Assembly (NCBI GenBank): GCA_040376155.1
Contig: JBEIRG010000001.1
Location: 1-38,957 of the forward strand
Reading direction: 5' to 3'
Length of the DNA stretch: 38,957 nt
From: Sphaerobacterales bacterium
Lineage (GTDB): Bacteria; Chloroflexota; Chloroflexia; Thermomicrobiales; UBA6265
Position numbers and translations under genes: made by a program
The notes under the pieces: model-generated
Database searches by the model: none
The model's input: only the letters and a program-made list of their open reading frames with translations
Told to the model about the DNA's origin: nothing
Shown here: in pieces, positions 33,488 through 38,957 of the stretch
Numbering within the stretch: position 1 is the first letter of the stretch
Layout of the letters: the number at the start of each line of letters is the position of its first letter

Positions 33488-34261
33488 ATGACCACTGACA
33501 TCGCCGAGGGGCAAGCCCAGATCGCCCCCGCCACCGTTCAGGTTCCGGCACACGCGCCCGCCCCGACGGGTCCCAAAACAAAGGTCTTTCACAAGGGCGT
33601 CATCGTCGAGTGGGTGCTGATCGGGATCATCGCCGCCGAAATCCTCTATTTCCTCTGGCTCTTCATCCATCCCAGCATGTTCCACAAGGCTCCGATCGTT
33701 CCGGCAGGCGCGCCGCAGGTGATCTCCTCCAACCCCGATCAGCCCGCGGGCGGCGGGATCGCCATGCCCGGTGGTCCCGGTCAGGGCGATGCGCCGAAGC
33801 CGGGCGCACCGGCGGCAAGTTCCTCCAAGGATGACAAGGGCCACGAGGCAGCCGCCAAGGGCGAGGATCTCCACCTCTACCTCACCATCGACAACGCGGG
33901 CGGGGCCACCTCCCTCACTGGCGCGTCTTCATCGAAAACATCAGCATCCTCCTTCTGGCAGGTCGCTCTCGCCGGGGCCGCGCCGGAAGCCTCCGCCAAG
34001 GGGTTGCCCATTGCCGCCAAGGGTGTCACCACGCTGGACGATGAGCATGCCTGGGTCGCGCTGAACGGCCTCACCGACGATTTCAAGAAGGGCGACAAGG
34101 TCGACGTCACCCTCACATTCGAGGGGCAGGACCCGGTCACCCTCTCGGTCCCGATCTACCGCACCAGCGACACCGCCGCCGAGAACCCCGAACCGGCGAT
34201 CGTCGCCGGCGATCTCTCCATCGGCGCATTCTGGGCGGAGCCCGTCGCCCCTGGCGAGTAA
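33488..34261 (+). CDS. Membrane-anchored PCu(A)C-like protein (second divergent copy)
   Basis: ATG 33488 follows GAGGGAGG. TM segment VIVEWVLIGIIAAEILYFLWLFI, then a Pro/Gly/Ala linker. The core LHLYLTIDNAGGATSLTGASS...LPIAAKGVTTLDDEHAWVALNGLTDDFKKGDKVDVTLTFEG has the same topology as the 32309 gene. Confidence 0.55.
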   Translation: MTTDIAEGQAQIAPATVQVPAHAPAPTGPKTKVFHKGVIVEWVLIGIIAAEILYFLWLFIHPSMFHKAPIVPAGAPQVISSNPDQPAGGGIAMPGGPGQGDAPKPGAPAASSSKDDKGHEAAAKGEDLHLYLTIDNAGGATSLTGASSSKTSASSFWQVALAGAAPEASAKGLPIAAKGVTTLDDEHAWVALNGLTDDFKKGDKVDVTLTFEGQDPVTLSVPIYRTSDTAAENPEPAIVAGDLSIGAFWAEPVAPGE

Positions 34262-34292
34262 TCCCGGGGTCCGCCCCTGCGTAGCCATGCCA

Positions 34293-34327
34293 ACGCCCCG
34301 CCCGACCCGATAGTCGGCGCGGGGCGT
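34293..34327 (+). terminator. Strong GC hairpin after the 33488 gene
   Basis: ACGCCCCG-C-CCGAC-CCGATA-GTCGG-CG-CGGGGCGT forms 8+5 bp with a small internal bulge. There is no U-run, so it could be a terminator, an attenuator or a processing site ahead of the Mo-enzyme genes. Confidence 0.35.
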
Positions 34328-34377
34328 GTACCATCCGGGCATACTCCTGTCGCGCGGTCCCCACCGGAGGCGCTCGG

Positions 34378-34836
34378 ATGGTTTCACTCACCGTCAACGG
34401 CGAAGTCCACGATCTCGACATTCCCGACGACATGCCCCTGCTGTGGGCGTTGCGCGATCTCCTCGGCCTGACCGGCACGAAGTACGGTTGCGGCATCGGG
34501 CAGTGCCATGCCTGCGCCGTGCACCTCGACGGCGTCGCCGTGCCCAGTTGCCTCATGCCTGCGGCAAGCGCGGCGGGCAGGCAGATCGTCACCATCGAGG
34601 GCCTGGGCGCGGGCGGCCTTCACCCGGTCCAACAGGCGTGGCTGGACGAAGGCGTGCCCCAGTGCGGGTACTGCCAGTCTGGCCAGATCATGGCCGCCGC
34701 CGCGCTCCTCGCCGCCGATCCTGCCCCGGATGACGCCGCGATCGATGCCGCCATGCGCCCCAACCTGTGCCGGTGCGCCACCTACGGGCGCATCCGCTCC
34801 GCCATTCACCTCGCCGCGAAGGAGCGCGTGTCGTGA
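34378..34836 (+). CDS. (2Fe-2S)-binding small subunit of an aldehyde oxidase/xanthine dehydrogenase-family enzyme (IorA-like)
   Basis: [12 protein letters not shown] and [10 protein letters not shown]...NLCRCATY are the two [2Fe-2S] cysteine clusters. GGAGG lies 7 nt upstream of the ATG. Confidence 0.9.
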   Translation: MVSLTVNGEVHDLDIPDDMPLLWALRDLLGLTGTKYGCGIGQCHACAVHLDGVAVPSCLMPAASAAGRQIVTIEGLGAGGLHPVQQAWLDEGVPQCGYCQSGQIMAAAALLAADPAPDDAAIDAAMRPNLCRCATYGRIRSAIHLAAKERVS

Positions 34837-37028
34837 CGGCGCAACCACTCTCCCGCCGCTCCCTCATCCAGGCGTCGCTTGCCGCAAGCGGCGGACTCTG
34901 CCTCGGATTCCGGCTTCCCGGCAACGCCGCAGCCCGGCAGGCGACCCCCGCGCCCGGGAGCGGGACCGGGTCCGAGCCCGTTGCGTTCACGCCCAACGCC
35001 TGGCTCACCATCGGCCCGGACGATGCGGTGGAGATCGCGCTTCACAAGGCCGAAATGGGTCAGGGCGTGATGACCTCGCTGCCGATGCTGGTCGCCGAGG
35101 AACTTGGAGCGGACTGGCAGCGGATTACCGTCCGAAACGCCTACGGCGACCCCGCCTATGGTTCATTCGGCTTTCAGTTCACCTTCGGCAGCACCAGCGT
35201 CGCCTCATCCTTCATGCCGCTCCGGATCGCCGGCGCGACGGCGCGGGACATGCTGATCGCCGCCGCCGCGCAGCGTTGGGGGGTCGATCCCGCCACGCTC
35301 GCGACCCGAGACGGCGCGGTGATCGACCGCACAGGCAGCCGATCCGCCTCCTTCGGCGAACTGGCCGGCCTTGCCGCGACAATGGCCCCTCCCGCCAATC
35401 CTCCCCTCAAATCCCCCGCCGAGTTCACCTTGCTCGGCACACCCGTGCCCCGCCTCGACGCCCCCGCAAAGGTCACCGGCGCCGCCATCTACGGCATCGA
35501 TGTCATGATGGAGGGCATGCTGACCGCCGTGATGTTGCGGCCACCCTCCTTCACCGGCGCGGTGCGTTCCTTCGATCCGGCTCCGGCGCTGGCAATCCCC
35601 GGCGTGCGCCATGTACTGGAAATCCCCTCCTCCGGCCCGGATGTCACAGGCGGCATCGCGATCGTGGCGGACGGGTTCTGGGCCGCCTTCAGCGGTCGAC
35701 GGGCGCTCGCGGCATCGGTCGAGTGGGACCTCGGCCCGAACGCCGCGCAGGACACGTCCTCGCTCATCGAAACGTTCACGGCTTTGGCGATGCAGCCCGG
35801 CCCGCTCGCCTTCGCCGACGGCATGGCGGAGAAGGCCATCGCCCGCAGCACGAAAACCCTCGACGCCATCTATGTAACCCCCTTCCTCGCCCACGTCACC
35901 ATGGAACCGATGAGCGCCGCCGCCTGGGTCCGCCCGGGCGCGGTCGATGTCTGGACCGGCACCCAGGGCCAATCCTTCGTGGTCATGCAGGCTTCGGCGA
36001 TCGGCGGCGTCGCCCCGGACCAGGTGACGCTGCACCAGCAGTTTCTCGGCTGCGGGCTCGGCAGGCGCGCCGAATCCGACGTCACCGGCGACGCGCTCCA
36101 GATTTCGAAGAACCTCGGCGTCCCGGTGAAGGTGATCTGGCCGCGCGAGGAGGACATCGCGCACGATTTCTTCCGGCCAATGAGCGTTCAGCGGGTTCAG
36201 GCAGGCATCGACTCCACGGGCGCGCCGTTCGCCTGGATTCATCACACCGTCGCCGACTCGGCGGGGATCACCCGCTTTCCTACGTTCATCGCCACCGGAC
36301 CGGAGGGCGACGAAATCGATCCGTTTCAATCCGCGGGACTGACCGAGTCATTCCTGTATGCCATGCCGCATCGCCGGATCGAAAGCACCATCGCGCGCTC
36401 CGGCGTCCCCGTCGGCTTCTGGCGTGGGGTCGGAGAAACGCAGAACATCTTCGTGGCGGAATCGGTGATGGACGAACTCGCCGCACTTGCGGAAGCGGAC
36501 CCCATCGCCTACCGCCTCGCCAACATTGCCGACCCGACGCGCGCCGCTGCCGTGCTCGAGCTTGTCCGCGAGAAAAGCGGCTGGGATGCCCCCGCAGAGG
36601 GCATCGGTCGCGGTGTCGCCATCGCCGACTACGGCGGGACCATCGTCGCCGCCGTCGCCGAGGTCGCGCGAACCGACGACGGGAGCGTGCGGCCGGTTCG
36701 GCTCGTGATCGCTGCCGACTGCGGGTTCGTCGTCAACCCGGACATCGCACGCCAGCAACTCGAGGGCGGCGCGCTCTGCGGCCTGTCCGCGGCGATGGGC
36801 GAGCGTGTCGAGATCGCGGCGGGAGGCGTCGCGCCGGCCACCGCCAATCTCGACGGCTATCGACTGCTCCGGTTCGATCAGGCGCCGATCGTCGAGACCT
36901 GGCTGGTTCCGTCGGATGCCGCGCCGAGCGGGCTTGGCGAACCGGCGGTGGTCGTGGTTCCGCCTGCGCTCGCGAATGCCATCTACGCCCTCACGGGCGA
37001 GCGGCGGCGGGAACTGCCGCTCGGTTGA
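34833..37028 (+). CDS. Molybdopterin-binding large subunit (IorB-like) with Tat signal
   Basis: GTG 34833 overlaps the small-subunit stop (GTGA). Tat leader [43 protein letters not shown] and GGFWRGVG-type motifs are typical of membrane or periplasmic IorB/aldehyde dehydrogenase Mo subunits. Confidence 0.88.
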   Translation: MTAQPLSRRSLIQASLAASGGLCLGFRLPGNAAARQATPAPGSGTGSEPVAFTPNAWLTIGPDDAVEIALHKAEMGQGVMTSLPMLVAEELGADWQRITVRNAYGDPAYGSFGFQFTFGSTSVASSFMPLRIAGATARDMLIAAAAQRWGVDPATLATRDGAVIDRTGSRSASFGELAGLAATMAPPANPPLKSPAEFTLLGTPVPRLDAPAKVTGAAIYGIDVMMEGMLTAVMLRPPSFTGAVRSFDPAPALAIPGVRHVLEIPSSGPDVTGGIAIVADGFWAAFSGRRALAASVEWDLGPNAAQDTSSLIETFTALAMQPGPLAFADGMAEKAIARSTKTLDAIYVTPFLAHVTMEPMSAAAWVRPGAVDVWTGTQGQSFVVMQASAIGGVAPDQVTLHQQFLGCGLGRRAESDVTGDALQISKNLGVPVKVIWPREEDIAHDFFRPMSVQRVQAGIDSTGAPFAWIHHTVADSAGITRFPTFIATGPEGDEIDPFQSAGLTESFLYAMPHRRIESTIARSGVPVGFWRGVGETQNIFVAESVMDELAALAEADPIAYRLANIADPTRAAAVLELVREKSGWDAPAEGIGRGVAIADYGGTIVAAVAEVARTDDGSVRPVRLVIAADCGFVVNPDIARQQLEGGALCGLSAAMGERVEIAAGGVAPATANLDGYRLLRFDQAPIVETWLVPSDAAPSGLGEPAVVVVPPALANAIYALTGERRRELPLG

Positions 37029-37075
37029 CGCCGCTGAATCAAATCTTCCGGCAGAGCGTCGCGCCGCTTCCCCGG

Positions 37076-37105
37076 CCTGCAACGGCGGGTTGATCCCGTT
37101 GCAGG
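37076..37105. terminator. Hairpin between convergent genes
   Basis: Perfect 10-bp stem CCTGCAACGG-CGGGTTGATC-CCGTTGCAGG, ending 2 nt before the agmatinase stop codon. Confidence 0.45.
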
Positions 37106-37106
37106 A

Positions 37107-38267
37107 TCACCCGCCGACGCCGCCGGTCTCGTCCTCGGCCCGCGAGACCGCCGGATCCGCCTTCCGGCTGGTGTCCGGGCGCTGCCCGAGCTTGCCGTTC
37201 TCGACGAGGGTCGCGAGCACGTCGAGCACGACGCGGACGCCCAGCAGCGAGGTGATGTTCGCCACATCATAGGGCGGCGCGACCTCGACCACCTCCATGC
37301 CGGCCAACCCTTCGCGGGTCACCATCTCCAGCATCCGGAACGCCTCGCGCGGCAGCAGGCCGCCCGATTCCGGAGTTCCCGTTCCGGGAGCGAACGCCGG
37401 GTCCACGGAATCGATATCGAACGAGAGGAAGACGGCCCTGGCGTTCTTCCACGCCATCTCGAGGGCCATCTCGCAGATGCGCTCGATGCCCCAGCGGTCG
37501 ATGTCGGTCATCGTGATGACGTTGGCGCGGCGCTCTCTGGCAGTGGTGACGCCGGAACGATTGCCGGTCCACCCGCCGATGCCGATCTGGACCAGATTGG
37601 TCGCGGGAGCATTGGGGATGTTGGTTGCGTGGAAGAACGGCGTCCCGTGCATCCGCTCGTCGATGTTGTACTCGGACAAATCCGAGTGACGGTCGAAGTG
37701 GATGATCCCGATGTTTCCGTCGACATAGGGAGCGAGCCCGCGAATGTCGGGATACCCGATGCTGTGATCGCCGCCAAGGATGACCGGGAAGATGCCCCGC
37801 TCGTGGATGTAGGCGACCGCCTTGTCGATCTGGTCGAAGCTTTTCTCGATGTTCGCCGGAATGACCGACACGTCGCCCACATCAACGATGTCCAGCGATT
37901 CGTAGAGATCGACGCCGCGCTCGAAGTTGTAGCCCGAATGAAGCCCCGAGATGTCCCGCATTCCCTGCGGGCCGAACCGGGTGCCGGAGCGGAAGGTCGT
38001 TCCTCCATCGAACGGGACGCCAACGATGGCGACATCCTGCCCGCCAAGTTCGCGCATGTCCGCAAGATAGGGGCGATGGCCAAAGGTCGCGCTGTGGTGA
38101 TAGCGGTACCCACTGCGGTTGAACAGCGGAATGGTGCGGTCCCGGATCGACTCCGCCGATGGCAGGCCGAGTTCGAGGTTGTGCTGGATCGCCTCCTTCG
38201 CCCTCGCGGTCGGCAGTTGCGCTTCGCGCTCCAGCATCCGCGTGCCGTGCAGTTGTTCGCGATCCAT
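37107..38267 (-). CDS. Agmatinase/guanidino-acid hydrolase family ureohydrolase
   Basis: The Mn-binding motifs appear in order: VILGGDHSI, IHFDRHSD and SFDIDSVDPAFAPGTGTPE. Start at ATG 38267 after GAGGTGA. The substrate (agmatine versus guanidinobutyrate or similar) cannot be called. Confidence 0.88.
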   Translation of the reverse strand: MDREQLHGTRMLEREAQLPTARAKEAIQHNLELGLPSAESIRDRTIPLFNRSGYRYHHSATFGHRPYLADMRELGGQDVAIVGVPFDGGTTFRSGTRFGPQGMRDISGLHSGYNFERGVDLYESLDIVDVGDVSVIPANIEKSFDQIDKAVAYIHERGIFPVILGGDHSIGYPDIRGLAPYVDGNIGIIHFDRHSDLSEYNIDERMHGTPFFHATNIPNAPATNLVQIGIGGWTGNRSGVTTARERRANVITMTDIDRWGIERICEMALEMAWKNARAVFLSFDIDSVDPAFAPGTGTPESGGLLPREAFRMLEMVTREGLAGMEVVEVAPPYDVANITSLLGVRVVLDVLATLVENGKLGQRPDTSRKADPAVSRAEDETGGVGG

Positions 38268-38512
38268 CTGGTCACCTCGGCCTTCGGAGTTCGCGCCGGT
38301 TGCGCGTGTCAAGCCTACCAAAAGCCGGCTGGTTGACTGGCGATCCAGCGCGGCGCTCCCCTCGCTGACCGACGGGATGACCCAGCGCGCGGCAGCCGTG
38401 GTCGCGCACGAGGAGCGCTCAACCGGGCGATCGGAGCGGTGACCGCCGGTCCGACCAGCGACGATGATCCAGCGTCTTTGCCGTTAATTCGCCCGTTCGT
38501 GTTTTTTGCGCA

Positions 38513-38541
38513 TTGACAGAATGGCGACGGTTCAGTAGTGT
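38513..38541 (+). promoter_or_regulatory. Sigma70-like promoter candidate for the 38661 gene
   Basis: TTGACA (38513-38518), 17 nt, TAGTGT (38536-38541). The palindrome GTACGTAC (38540-38547) lies at the predicted start site. The region is AT-richer. Confidence 0.3.
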
Positions 38542-38660
38542 ACGTACAGTCGCTTGGTTCATGTAACCTCGGCTGGGGGCGGCTGAACGCGCGGGTTCAG
38601 CGGAGTGAGCGCATGCGGTAACTCACCGTGTGCGTCGAATCAAGGCACTGTGGAGGGAAA

Positions 38661-38957
38661 ATGCCCGAAGACGGACAAATTCAGGAAGCGCAAGAAGCGC
38701 AGGAAGCGCAACCAGTCTCCATGAACCGCCGTGGCTTCGTCCGCTCGCTCGCCGCGTTCGGTCTCGCCGGTGCGACGGCGGGAGCGGCTGGCGGGCTCGT
38801 CATCGCCGGCAGGCGACGACGCAAGGGACGCGGTGGCGGATCGATCGGAGGCGACGGCGGCGACGGCGGCAGCGGCGGCGATGGAACCGGCGGCAGCGGC
38901 GGCAACAGCGGCAACAGCAACTCCGGCTCCGGCGGCGACGGCGGAGACTGCACCAGC
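38661..38957 (+). CDS. Tat-signal/anchor protein with Gly-rich region, 3'-partial (runs off window)
   Basis: ATG 38661 follows GGAGGGAAA. The translation is MPEDGQIQEAQEAQEAQPVSMNRRGFVRSLAAFGLAGATAGAAGGLVIAGRRRRKGRGGGSIGGDGGDGGSGGDGTGGSGGNSGNS... It is absent from the ORF track because it has no stop within the window. The proline-rich ORF 38681..38953(-) is its antisense shadow. Confidence 0.6.
   Translation, partial: MPEDGQIQEAQEAQEAQPVSMNRRGFVRSLAAFGLAGATAGAAGGLVIAGRRRRKGRGGGSIGGDGGDGGSGGDGTGGSGGNSGNSNSGSGGDGGDCTS

Noticed and set aside
34508-37093. 861-aa plus-strand ORF, same strand as the Mo-hydroxylase genes
   Set aside because: It is an off-frame shadow of the iorA/iorB-like genes. 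The translation is extremely Arg/Pro-rich, while the 34378 and 34833 frames carry the [2Fe-2S] and molybdopterin-subunit motifs and a Tat signal.

Overview
This is a very GC-rich bacterial chromosomal segment. Codon third positions are almost all G/C, so every real gene casts long antisense or off-frame shadow ORFs, and most of the long ORFs in the track are such shadows. About 40 genes can be supported.

Housekeeping and metabolic genes: a 5'-partial amidohydrolase, a bona fide ACC deaminase (acdS), a fused PxpB-PxpC, tRNA-Cys(GCA), a Nudix hydrolase, a cell-wall amidase, azlCD, an ATP-grasp ligase, a gluconolactonase, a class-III aminotransferase, two tandem Yip1 membrane proteins, ohr, a nitrilase, mnmA, rlmN, an IorA/IorB-type molybdenum hydroxylase and an agmatinase-family ureohydrolase.

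Unusual content:
1. The best candidate for an undescribed system lies at about 12.26-15.10 kb. It is a tightly packed minus-strand module. An orphan NarL-type response regulator sits behind an AT-rich promoter island with a palindrome. It is followed by a 14-Cys secreted protein with a MauA-like leader and core, then a 22-Cys secreted protein made of three tandem knottin-pattern modules, then a 21-aa single-TM micro-ORF and a polytopic membrane protein.
2. A chimeric junction joins a truncated MalT/LAL-type regulator to an N-terminally headless beta-helix protein.
3. A 930-aa membrane-anchored protein carries four copies of a CP..YP(I/V/L)KGN..S..YH.PG....T..EVCF...A..AG(F/Y) domain.
4. Two decayed genes carry in-frame TGA codons: a sulfotransferase-like gene and a McrB-like GTPase remnant.
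5. Two divergent PCu(A)C-like proteins flank a roughly 600-bp region with no convincing gene.

No rRNA, CRISPR array, transposase or integrase was seen. The FDxL..SRR-type Tat leaders and the overall gene content remind me of Chloroflexota/Thermomicrobia-like genomes, but I cannot verify that. All homology statements rest on motif recognition by eye and memory, not on searches.
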